64,000 nt of DNA from NCBI GenBank assembly GCA_031364805.1, contig JANLWW010000032.1:30372-94371 (forward strand), in the 5' to 3' direction. The notes under the pieces were generated by a model that was not told the origin of the DNA, did not search any database, and saw nothing but the letters and a program-made list of their open reading frames with translations. Below are positions 19,569-27,844 of this stretch, in pieces. Each line of letters opens with the position of its first letter. Within the stretch, counting starts at the first letter, position 1. Source of the DNA: Acidobacteriota bacterium. GTDB taxonomy: Bacteria > Acidobacteriota > Vicinamibacteria > Vicinamibacterales > UBA2999. The translations under genes were made by a program, and so were the position numbers.

Positions 19569-19596
19569 ATTATTTCGCCCTTTGTTCGCCGGTCAA
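19569..19596 (-). promoter_or_regulatory. Sigma70-like promoter with candidate LexA box in the spacer
   Basis: TTGACC-N16-AATAAT; spacer holds GGCGAA-N5-GGCGAA, which reads as GAAC-N7-GAAA. Confidence 0.6.
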
Positions 19597-19609
19597 CAGA
19601 AAAGCGGTG

Positions 19610-20545
19610 TCACTGGCCTCGCCAGTAGGCCAAGAGGTCTTCGACGGTCTGCTCGAGGGCCATTTCGGCGGTCCAGCCGGTGTCTGCGGTCAGCTTCGCG
19701 CCATCGCCCAGCAGCAGCGGGGTGTCGTTCGGCCGGAAGCGCGCCGGGTCCTGTTCAACGCGAATCGGCACGCGCGCATGCTGGACGAACAACCGCAGCA
19801 GATCCTTCACCGGCACCGGACGGCCCGAGCAGACGTTGTAGATCACGCCGGGCCTCGCCGACAGCATCATCGCGCGGTAGGCGCGCACGGTATCGCGAAC
19901 GTCCATGATGTCGCGCCTGGGCTCGAGATTCCCGACCTTGAGGACGGGCTCGACTGTTCCAGCTTCAATCGCGGCAATCTGCTTCGCCAGGCTCGGCGCC
20001 AGAAACGACGGCGCCTGTCTCGGGCCGACGTGGTTGAAGGCCCTCGCAATCAACCCCGGAATCCCATCATCGTGCCACGCGCGCATGGCGACCATCTCTT
20101 GCGCGAGCTTGCTGGTGCCATAAGGATTGTTCGGTAATACCTCGTCGTCTTCACGCAGCGCGCGATCGGTCGGCGCGTAGACGGTGGCCGAACTGGTGAC
20201 GAGCACGCGCGGTGCCAGGCCGGCGCGGCGCAGGCTCTCGAACAGATGATGGGTGGCCAGCACGTTGCCGCCGAACGTTTCTCGCGTCTGGCCCCACGAA
20301 TCGCCGACATGGGGAACGCCGGCGAGGTGGTAGACCGCCGAAGGGCGCGCGTCGCTGATCGCGGCAGCTACCTCGTCGCGGTCGTGCATCTCGACCTCGA
20401 CCCACTGAACGCCCGTCACGCTGGCGAGAGGGGCCGTGCCCGGCCGTTGCCATGCGACGATGCGGGCCGAGTCCTGGGCGAGCAGCTCCAGCAAGTGACT
20501 GCCGACAAACCCCGCCGCACCGGTGACGAGGACGGTCGGCGTCAT
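19610..20545 (-). CDS. NAD-dependent epimerase/dehydratase, GDP-4-keto-6-deoxymannose reductase (Rmd)-like
   Basis: GAAGFVG, YHLAG, PYGTSK, RAFNHVGPRQ, VGNL...RD; TGATG coupling with rfbB. Confidence 0.85.
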   Translation of the reverse strand: MTPTVLVTGAAGFVGSHLLELLAQDSARIVAWQRPGTAPLASVTGVQWVEVEMHDRDEVAAAISDARPSAVYHLAGVPHVGDSWGQTRETFGGNVLATHHLFESLRRAGLAPRVLVTSSATVYAPTDRALREDDEVLPNNPYGTSKLAQEMVAMRAWHDDGIPGLIARAFNHVGPRQAPSFLAPSLAKQIAAIEAGTVEPVLKVGNLEPRRDIMDVRDTVRAYRAMMLSARPGVIYNVCSGRPVPVKDLLRLFVQHARVPIRVEQDPARFRPNDTPLLLGDGAKLTADTGWTAEMALEQTVEDLLAYWRGQ

Positions 20546-21558
20546 CAGCGGCGCTTGCCGTACTGCGCTTCGATGTATGCCTTGTAGGCCGGGTCGCCTT
20601 CCTTGATTGGCCGCCACCACCACTCGTTGGCTTGGTACCACGCTACGGTGTCGCGCAGGCCCTGTTCGAATGGCACCTGCGGCTTCCAGCCCATGGCTTC
20701 AAGCTTCGCGGTGCCCAGACTGTAGCGGCGGTCATGGCCCTTGCGGTCGGCCACCGGCTTGATTAGTGAAACCGGCTTCTCCATCTGCTTCAACACGGCG
20801 TGCGTGAGGTCGATGTTCTTCACCTCGTTGCCGCCGCCGATGTTGTAGACGTCGCCGTTGGTGCCGGTATGCAGCAGCAGGTCCAGTGCCCGGCAATGGT
20901 CAAGCACGTGCAGCCAGTCGCGGATGTTGCCGCCGTCGCCGTAAAGCGGCACCTGCACGTCGTCCATCAGGTTGGTCACAAACAACGGCAGGATCTTCTC
21001 GGGAAACTGGTAGGGCCCGTAGTTGTTCGACGCCCGCGTCACAATCACGGGCACCTCGTGCGTGGCCCAGTAGCTGTAGGCGAGGCGGTCGGCGCCAGCC
21101 TTGCTCGCGGCATAGGGGTTGCGCGGCCGCAGTTCGTCGGTCTCGGTGCTCGAACCTTCGGGCACGCTGCCGTAGACCTCGTCGGTTGAGATCTGGATGA
21201 AGCGCTTCAGCGTGGGATTGCGGCGCGCGGCTTCGAGCAGCACGAACGAGCCTTCGACGTCGGTCTTGATGAAGTCGCCAGCCGACATGATTGAGCGATC
21301 GACGTGTGTCTCGGCTGCGAAGTGCACCACGTAGTCGGCGGCTTCGACCAACGGACCGGCAACCGCCGCGTCGAGGATGTCGCCGTGCACGAAGGTGTGC
21401 CGGGGGTTATCCATGACGTCGTGCAGGTTCTCTTTCCGGCCGGCATACGTCAGCTTGTCGAGGTTGGTGACGTGCCAGTCGGCGTGCGTCTGGAGCGCAT
21501 ACCGCACGAAATTGCTGCCAATGAAACCGGCGCCGCCGGTAACAAGAACTTTGATCAT
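20545..21558 (-). CDS. rfbB: dTDP-glucose 4,6-dehydratase
   Basis: GGAGFIGSNF, DKLTYAG, AAETHVDRSI, STDEVYG, SNNYGPYQFPEK, GHDRRY. Confidence 0.95.
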   Translation of the reverse strand: MIKVLVTGGAGFIGSNFVRYALQTHADWHVTNLDKLTYAGRKENLHDVMDNPRHTFVHGDILDAAVAGPLVEAADYVVHFAAETHVDRSIMSAGDFIKTDVEGSFVLLEAARRNPTLKRFIQISTDEVYGSVPEGSSTETDELRPRNPYAASKAGADRLAYSYWATHEVPVIVTRASNNYGPYQFPEKILPLFVTNLMDDVQVPLYGDGGNIRDWLHVLDHCRALDLLLHTGTNGDVYNIGGGNEVKNIDLTHAVLKQMEKPVSLIKPVADRKGHDRRYSLGTAKLEAMGWKPQVPFEQGLRDTVAWYQANEWWWRPIKEGDPAYKAYIEAQYGKRR

Positions 21559-21606
21559 CGTTTGCCTACCAACCTGAGAACAGGGCGTTCATGACAGCAG
21601 ACGATG

Positions 21607-23916
21607 TTAATACGTCCGGCCGCCGAATGCCCCGAAGAAGTTGGAGAATGACCCGACGCCGGCGAGCGTGAACGACATGTTGAATCGCCGGTTCTGCGTG
21701 AGCAGCAAATTGGTGCCCGGGCCGTAGTTATACGCCAGGTACTCGACCGAGATGCCGCAGCACTGCGCGTTGTAGAAGGCAATGTAGCGATGATTGAGCA
21801 GGGTCGACCGCGCAATGTCGTAGTTGAGCGCCACGGTGCCGCCATACTTGCCGCCACCGAAGCGCAGCTGAGTGCTTTGCTGGATGTAGTTGTTCGACCG
21901 TCCGGCAAACGCGCTGCCGTAGTTCTGCTTGCTCCAGCCGGCGGAGGTTTCCACCATGTTGGTGCGATACACCCCGTTCAGCCCGTAGCCGATCACCTTG
22001 ATGTCGGCCTCGGCGCGCGGGTCGTAATCGAGCCGGAAGTCGACCGCCATGGGCTGGGTCGGCACTGCCTTGGCCGTCAGCGAGATCGGCGAGAACGGGC
22101 TTGGCGGCCGGCCTTGGTTGTTGGCGTAGTTGGGATCGAACTGGCTGGCCGACTCGTCGGTGTAATAGCTCTGGCGGATCGAGACGTTCAGCAATTCCTG
22201 CGGCGACCCGGCCTGCGCGCCTTCGACCGCCCGCTTGCGCACGAGCAGCCGGTTGGCGAGGCCGTAGGTCAGTTGCGTCGTGTTGCCGACGATCGTGTCA
22301 TAACGACCCTGTACGCGGGGCACGCGGGCCTGGTTGTCAATGGCGGTCCGGCGCGTCACCGAGAAGTTCGGCTCGATGATGTGTTTCATCCGCTCGGCAA
22401 AGGCGTTGTTCGGGGTGAACACGCGCGAGAAGACGGGACCGACGATATCCGCCCGCATGTCGGCGTAGCGGCGCGTGACGGCGTCTTCGACCTGCGTGCG
22501 AAGATCCTCGGCCAAGCTCTCGCTGAAGTAGGTGGTCCGATAGGCGACCGTCGCGTTGACCGAGAGGAACGGCAGCGTGCTGAGCGGCGCGCGAAACGAC
22601 GGCAGCACATCCACCTGGTTCAGGCTCTTGTCGAGCGTGGTCCTCACCGCGGTGCCGTTGGTGGTGGTCACGCTGCTGCCGATGAACAGCATGTTGGCCG
22701 CGTCGAGATTAAGCGAGAAATACACCGGCACCGCCGGCAGCTTGCGGCCGCTGTAGCTGGCCGTGAATCCCGGTCCGCGCCCGGTGACTTGTGAATCGGT
22801 CGGGTTATAGAAATACTCCAACCGATCGTAAACCGCGTTCAGGCTGAGACCGCCCCAGGCGCCTGACACCGCGCCGTTCAGGGTCCGTTGGCTGGTGGTG
22901 GCATCCAGGAAGTCGTTGCTGTTCAACTGCCGGGTGGTGACGTCGGTCGAGTAGTTGACGTTGGCGCGCGCGGTCAGGCCAAGCGGCAGCCCCTGATTCA
23001 GCCCGCCGGTGAAAATCTGGCTCTTGCGGGCCGGCCGTGAGCCACCGTTGATCACCGTCGCTTGCTCGTCGAGCCAGTAGGCGCGAAAGTTGCCCTGCGA
23101 CGCCGGCCCGAACAGATAGCGATACTCGCCGCCCATGCCGGTGCTGCCGGTAAAAAAGAAGTCGTGGAACAGCGTCAGGTCCTGGCTGCGGTTGACCGCC
23201 CAGAAGAACGCGTTGCTGATCGACGAGCCGGCGTAGGTCGACGCGCCATAGCTTGGCAGCAGGAAGCCGGTCGCGCGATCGTCCTCCTGGATCGGGTAAT
23301 ACATGATCGGCAGGTAGAACACTGGCACGTTCTTGACGCGCACCACCGCGTTGCGCATCACGACATAGTCGTTGAGGTTGACCGTGGCACGGCCGCTGAC
23401 AATTTCCCAGCGTGGCGTCGGCTGGACGCAGGTCGTGAAGCCGCCCTTGTTGATTCGGTACTTGTCGGCGCCGACCTTTTCGATCTCGGCGCCGTAGAAA
23501 TAGACGTCGGGTTCGAGCGTGCCGAACATGCTCTGGTTCTGCCGTCCGCGTTCGCCAAGCTGCGCGATGCCGGTCGCGTTGGTGAAGGTGCCGAGCTTGG
23601 TCTTGGTATTGAAGACTGCGGTCTCGGCCGCCAGCCTCGAAGTAGGTGTCTGCAGCACCACGTTGCCGCGGGCGGTCAGCTCCCCCGACTTGATGTTCAC
23701 CTCGACCTGGTCGGCAAAGAATTTCTGGCCGGCATTGGCACTGCCGGCGTCGCCTTCGATCTCGACCTCGCTAATCAGCAGGACGCGCTCCGCGTCGATG
23801 CGGTCGAACGTACCTTGCTTGGTGGTCCAACCGGGCACCACTTGTGCCGAGGCCGGCCAGGCGAAGGCGCTCAGCAGGATCGCACACGTCAGGACGAGGT
23901 TCAGGCGGAGCCGCAC
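21607..23916 (-). CDS. lptD: LPS-assembly protein LptD-like outer-membrane barrel
   Basis: Signal peptide, OstA-like N-terminus, FTTC..P.P.W, PVFYLP, RATGFLLP, C-terminal YNAQCCG. Confidence 0.85.
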   Translation of the reverse strand: MRLRLNLVLTCAILLSAFAWPASAQVVPGWTTKQGTFDRIDAERVLLISEVEIEGDAGSANAGQKFFADQVEVNIKSGELTARGNVVLQTPTSRLAAETAVFNTKTKLGTFTNATGIAQLGERGRQNQSMFGTLEPDVYFYGAEIEKVGADKYRINKGGFTTCVQPTPRWEIVSGRATVNLNDYVVMRNAVVRVKNVPVFYLPIMYYPIQEDDRATGFLLPSYGASTYAGSSISNAFFWAVNRSQDLTLFHDFFFTGSTGMGGEYRYLFGPASQGNFRAYWLDEQATVINGGSRPARKSQIFTGGLNQGLPLGLTARANVNYSTDVTTRQLNSNDFLDATTSQRTLNGAVSGAWGGLSLNAVYDRLEYFYNPTDSQVTGRGPGFTASYSGRKLPAVPVYFSLNLDAANMLFIGSSVTTTNGTAVRTTLDKSLNQVDVLPSFRAPLSTLPFLSVNATVAYRTTYFSESLAEDLRTQVEDAVTRRYADMRADIVGPVFSRVFTPNNAFAERMKHIIEPNFSVTRRTAIDNQARVPRVQGRYDTIVGNTTQLTYGLANRLLVRKRAVEGAQAGSPQELLNVSIRQSYYTDESASQFDPNYANNQGRPPSPFSPISLTAKAVPTQPMAVDFRLDYDPRAEADIKVIGYGLNGVYRTNMVETSAGWSKQNYGSAFAGRSNNYIQQSTQLRFGGGKYGGTVALNYDIARSTLLNHRYIAFYNAQCCGISVEYLAYNYGPGTNLLLTQNRRFNMSFTLAGVGSFSNFFGAFGGRTY

Positions 23917-23951
23917 GGGATGATTTGAGAATACCAGAATGAACTTCCCGG

Positions 23952-25205
23952 TCAGGGGTTAAGACGCGCGCCAGCTTCCAGCAGCCGGGCTCGCAGCGGA
24001 CCGATCAGGTAGATCGAGCCGGCGGCGACCGCCCGCTGCGATCGCGACAGCGCGCTGGCCACCGCGGCCTGTGGCTCCGGCTCGGCGTCGACCGGTAGAG
24101 AGGGCGCGAGTACCCGCAGCGTGGCGGCCAGGCCCACGGCGGTCCGGGCGCGCGAGTTCGGCACCGTGGTCGCAACGAACGCTGACGCCACCCGCAACAG
24201 CGGGGTTACCATGCCGATGAGGTCCTTGTCTGCCATCACCGCCAGCACGATCGGCAGCGGCGGCTCGCCGGTGTCTTCAAGATAGGTGGCCAGGGCTTCG
24301 GCACCAGCGGGGTTGTGCGCCGCATCGATCAGCAGTTCGCCGCCGGCAGGCATCCGCAGCCACTCGAGGCGCGCCGGCCAGCGGCAGTCGGTCAGGCCAG
24401 TCACGATGGCGCTGGTTGGCACCAACGAGATCCGCGCCGACCACGCCTCGAGAATCGCCACCGCGACCGCCGCATTCTCCAGTTGATGCCGTCCCGGCAG
24501 TGCCAGCTTGAGCGGCGGATAGCTGCGATCGGTGGCCGCCGCATGCGCATCGATCAGCGGTGCGCCGACCGAGGCCGCGACCGTCGCGATGCGCCGGGCC
24601 GCTTCACCTGGCAGCCGTCCGATCACCAGGGGCGTGTTGGGCTTGGCGATGCCCGCTTTCTCGAAGGCGATCTGCGACAGTGTGGTGCCGAGGTGCCGCT
24701 CGTGGTCGAACGCGATCGACGTGATCGCCGTGACATCGGGGCTCAGCACGTTGGTGGCGTCGAACCGGCCCCCCAGGCCGACTTCGACGACCGCGACATC
24801 CACCTTGAACTGCCGGAACACTTCGAACGCCGCCGCCGTTGACACTTCGAAGAACGTCGGCACGACCGTCAAAGTGCCGTTGCGGGTCGCCTTGTCCACG
24901 GCCGCAAACACCACGGCGGTGGCTGCCGCGAATGTCTGCCGTGCCACGGCCTCGCCATTGATGGCGACGCGCTCCTCGACGACATCAAGATGAGGAGAGG
25001 TGTAGCGGCCGGTCTTCAGGCCCGAGGCGCGCAGCCCACGTTCGACCATCGCCGCCACCGACCCCTTGCCGTTGGTGCCGGCAATATGAATCGAGCGCCA
25101 CGCGCGTTCTGGATGATCGAGCGCCGCCAGGATGGCGCGAATGTTGTCGAGGCCGAGCTTGATGCCGAACTGTTCGAGCGCGAACAGCCGTTCGAGGGAT
25201 GTCAC
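23952..25205 (-). CDS. folC: Folylpolyglutamate/dihydrofolate synthase
   Basis: HIAGTNGKGS, YTSPHL, EVGLGGRFDATN, DAAHNP, GSIYL. Confidence 0.95.
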   Translation of the reverse strand: MTSLERLFALEQFGIKLGLDNIRAILAALDHPERAWRSIHIAGTNGKGSVAAMVERGLRASGLKTGRYTSPHLDVVEERVAINGEAVARQTFAAATAVVFAAVDKATRNGTLTVVPTFFEVSTAAAFEVFRQFKVDVAVVEVGLGGRFDATNVLSPDVTAITSIAFDHERHLGTTLSQIAFEKAGIAKPNTPLVIGRLPGEAARRIATVAASVGAPLIDAHAAATDRSYPPLKLALPGRHQLENAAVAVAILEAWSARISLVPTSAIVTGLTDCRWPARLEWLRMPAGGELLIDAAHNPAGAEALATYLEDTGEPPLPIVLAVMADKDLIGMVTPLLRVASAFVATTVPNSRARTAVGLAATLRVLAPSLPVDAEPEPQAAVASALSRSQRAVAAGSIYLIGPLRARLLEAGARLNP

Positions 25206-26044
25206 TGGCTCATGAAACGAAGGGTGCGGCCCAGGGTGGCTTTCAGCTCACGTCGATCCACGACCAGGTCGAGCATGCCGCGTTCGAGCAGGAACTCGCT
25301 GCGCTGGAACCCATCGGGCAGCTTCTGGCGGATGGTCTGCTCGATCACACGCGGGCCGGCGAATCCGATCAGGGCCTTTGGTTCTGCGATGTTGATGTCA
25401 CCCAGCATGGCAAAGCTTGCGGTGACGCCGCCGGTCGTGGGATCGGTCAGCAGCGAGATATAGGGCAGCTTCGCGCGATCCAGGCGAGCCAGTGCTGCCG
25501 AGATTTTGGCCATCTGCATCAGCGACAGCGCACCTTCCATCATGCGCGCGCCGCCCGAGCACGAGACGATCAACATGGGCGCCTTGCGCTCGAGCGCCAT
25601 CTCGATGCCGCGGACGATTTTTTCGCCCACCACGACGCCCATCGAGCCGCCAATAAAGCTGTACTCCATGGACGCGACCACGGCCTCGAGGCCGTTGATC
25701 CGGCCGACGCCCACAATCACCGCGTCCTTCTGCCCGGTGGACTTCTGGGTGTTCGCCAGGCGCGACTTATAGGGCTTGGTGTCGGTGAACTTGAGCGGGT
25801 CGTTCGAGGTCAGGTTCGGCGCCAATTCTTCCCACCGCTCATCGTCGAACAGCGTCTTGAGCCGCTCGGTGGCCGACAGCCGGAAGTGGTGCGCGCACTT
25901 GCCGCAGACGTGGAGGTTCTTGACGAGATCCTTGGTGTAGATGACGGTGTCGCAACCGGGACACTTCACCCACAGTCCCTCGGGAACGCGGCTGGACTTT
26001 TCGGGCGTGGCAATCGGCTTGCGGGCCTTTTTGAACCAAGCCAT
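25202..26044 (-). CDS. accD: Acetyl-CoA carboxylase carboxyltransferase beta subunit
   Basis: LWVKCPGC..CGKC zinc finger, GGSMG, SGGARM.EG, PTTGGVTAS, GFAGPRVI. Confidence 0.97.
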   Translation of the reverse strand: MAWFKKARKPIATPEKSSRVPEGLWVKCPGCDTVIYTKDLVKNLHVCGKCAHHFRLSATERLKTLFDDERWEELAPNLTSNDPLKFTDTKPYKSRLANTQKSTGQKDAVIVGVGRINGLEAVVASMEYSFIGGSMGVVVGEKIVRGIEMALERKAPMLIVSCSGGARMMEGALSLMQMAKISAALARLDRAKLPYISLLTDPTTGGVTASFAMLGDINIAEPKALIGFAGPRVIEQTIRQKLPDGFQRSEFLLERGMLDLVVDRRELKATLGRTLRFMSQ

Positions 26045-26060
26045 ATCTGATCAGCTTAGC

Positions 26061-26702
26061 TCACTTCCGGGCCACGTAATAGCGCGTCCCCTTGCCCATT
26101 CCCTTGATCTGCTTCACCAACTCATCCAGCGCGGCATCGTCGGATTCCGGGTCGAACTCCGAGGTCTCCACCACCAGCAACGGTGTCGCCGAATAGTGGA
26201 AGAAGAAGTGCTGGTAGGCCTCGTTCAGTTCACGCAGGTAGTCCTCGTCAGGCAAGGGCAACGCCTCGCGGTCGGGGTCAACCTCCCTGGATTCGAGCCG
26301 CTTCATCAGCAGCTCGGTGGGCGCCTGGAGATAGACGACGAGGTCGGGCGGCGGCACGTCCTTCGCGAGCAGGTCGAACAAGCGCTGGTAGATAAACAGC
26401 TCGTTATCGTCGAGGTTCAGGTAGGCGAAGATCTTGTCCTTGTCGAAGACGTAGTCGCAGACGATCGACTGCAAGAACAGGTCGGCCTGGCGCTTGCTGG
26501 TCAGCTGGCGATGGCGGTTGAGCAGGTAAAAGAGCTGGGCCTGCAGTGCGGAGCCGGGCCGGTCGGCGTAGAAGTCGGCGAGAAACGGGTTCTCGGCGTC
26601 TTCGAGAATCGTGGTTGCCTCGAGGCGGGCCGCCAGCCGTCCCGCCAGCCGCGTCTTGCCAACCCCGATTGGGCCTTCGATGGCGAGATAGTGAAAGGCC
26701 AC
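26061..26702 (-). CDS. Deoxynucleoside kinase (dck/dgk family)
   Basis: IEGPIGVGKT, ENPFL.DFY, QL.YLL.R, PDLVVYLQA; GTG start at 26702. Confidence 0.9.
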   Translation of the reverse strand: MAFHYLAIEGPIGVGKTRLAGRLAARLEATTILEDAENPFLADFYADRPGSALQAQLFYLLNRHRQLTSKRQADLFLQSIVCDYVFDKDKIFAYLNLDDNELFIYQRLFDLLAKDVPPPDLVVYLQAPTELLMKRLESREVDPDREALPLPDEDYLRELNEAYQHFFFHYSATPLLVVETSEFDPESDDAALDELVKQIKGMGKGTRYYVARK

Positions 26703-26728
26703 TCCGCTGGCGAGTATAGTTTGTAGGC

Positions 26729-27844
26729 GTGAAGATCGAAAAGATCGAGTTGTTCCTGTGCCGCCTCCCGCTGGTCCATTTCTTCGAGACGAGCTTCGGC
26801 CGATCTTACGACCGCACATTCGTACTGGTTCGAGTCGAGGGCGACGGCCACGAGGGTTGGGGCGAGTCGGTCGCCGAGGCGAATCCCTACTACAGCAGCG
26901 AGACCACCGAAACGGTGTGGCACATCATCGAGGGGTTCATTGCGCCGCTGGTCCTCGGCCGGCAGTTCGAGCACCCGCGCGACGTGTTCCCCGCACTGCG
27001 CGGGGTGCGCGGCCACAACATGGCCAAGGCCGGCGTTGAGATGGCGGCGTGGGACCTTTACGCGCGCATTCAGGGCCAGCCCCTGGCCACGGTCCTCGGC
27101 GGCACGCGCGATCGCATTGCCTCGGGCGTGTCCATTGGCATCCAGGATTCCTTCGACCAGCTCATGGAGAAGATCGAGCGCGAACTGGCCGCCGGCTACC
27201 AGCGCATCAAGATCAAGATAAAGCCCGGTTGGGACATCGAAGCCGTGGAGCGCGTGCGAGCCCGCTTCGGCAACATCCCGCTGCAGGTTGACGCCAACGC
27301 CGCGTACTCCCTTGACGACACCGGCCTGTTAAGCCGCCTCGATCCCTTTAACCTGCTCTTGATCGAACAGCCGTTGGACTACGACGATGTGATGGACCAT
27401 GCGGTGTTGCAGCAGCGCATCAAGACACCAGTATGCCTGGACGAGTCGATTCACACGGTGCGCATTGCGCGAGATGCGATCGCCGCCAAGGCCTGCCGGA
27501 TCATCAACATCAAGCCGGGCCGCGTGGGCGGGCATCGCGCCTCGATCGAACTGCACGACTTGTGCGCAGCCCACAGCATTCCGGTCTGGCACGGCGGCAT
27601 GCTGGAAAGCGGCATTGGCCGCGCGCATAACATCCACCTGGCAAGCCTGCCGAATTTCACGCTGCCAGGCGACATTGCGGCGAGCAAGCGCTACTACCAG
27701 CCCGACTTGATCGAGCCCGCGATTGACATCGATACCGACGGCACCATTGCGGTGCCGACCGGACCGGGCATTGGCGTCAACATCGTTCGCGAACGGATAG
27801 ACGAGGTGACGTTACGGCATATTTCGCTTCAGGCAACGCCATGA
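26729..27844 (+). CDS. menC: o-Succinylbenzoate synthase / N-acylamino acid racemase (enolase superfamily)
   Basis: FETSFG, RIKIKIKPG, VDANAAY, IEQP, LDESI, INIKPGRVGG, GGMLESGIGRA. Confidence 0.88.
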   Translation: MKIEKIELFLCRLPLVHFFETSFGRSYDRTFVLVRVEGDGHEGWGESVAEANPYYSSETTETVWHIIEGFIAPLVLGRQFEHPRDVFPALRGVRGHNMAKAGVEMAAWDLYARIQGQPLATVLGGTRDRIASGVSIGIQDSFDQLMEKIERELAAGYQRIKIKIKPGWDIEAVERVRARFGNIPLQVDANAAYSLDDTGLLSRLDPFNLLLIEQPLDYDDVMDHAVLQQRIKTPVCLDESIHTVRIARDAIAAKACRIINIKPGRVGGHRASIELHDLCAAHSIPVWHGGMLESGIGRAHNIHLASLPNFTLPGDIAASKRYYQPDLIEPAIDIDTDGTIAVPTGPGIGVNIVRERIDEVTLRHISLQATP

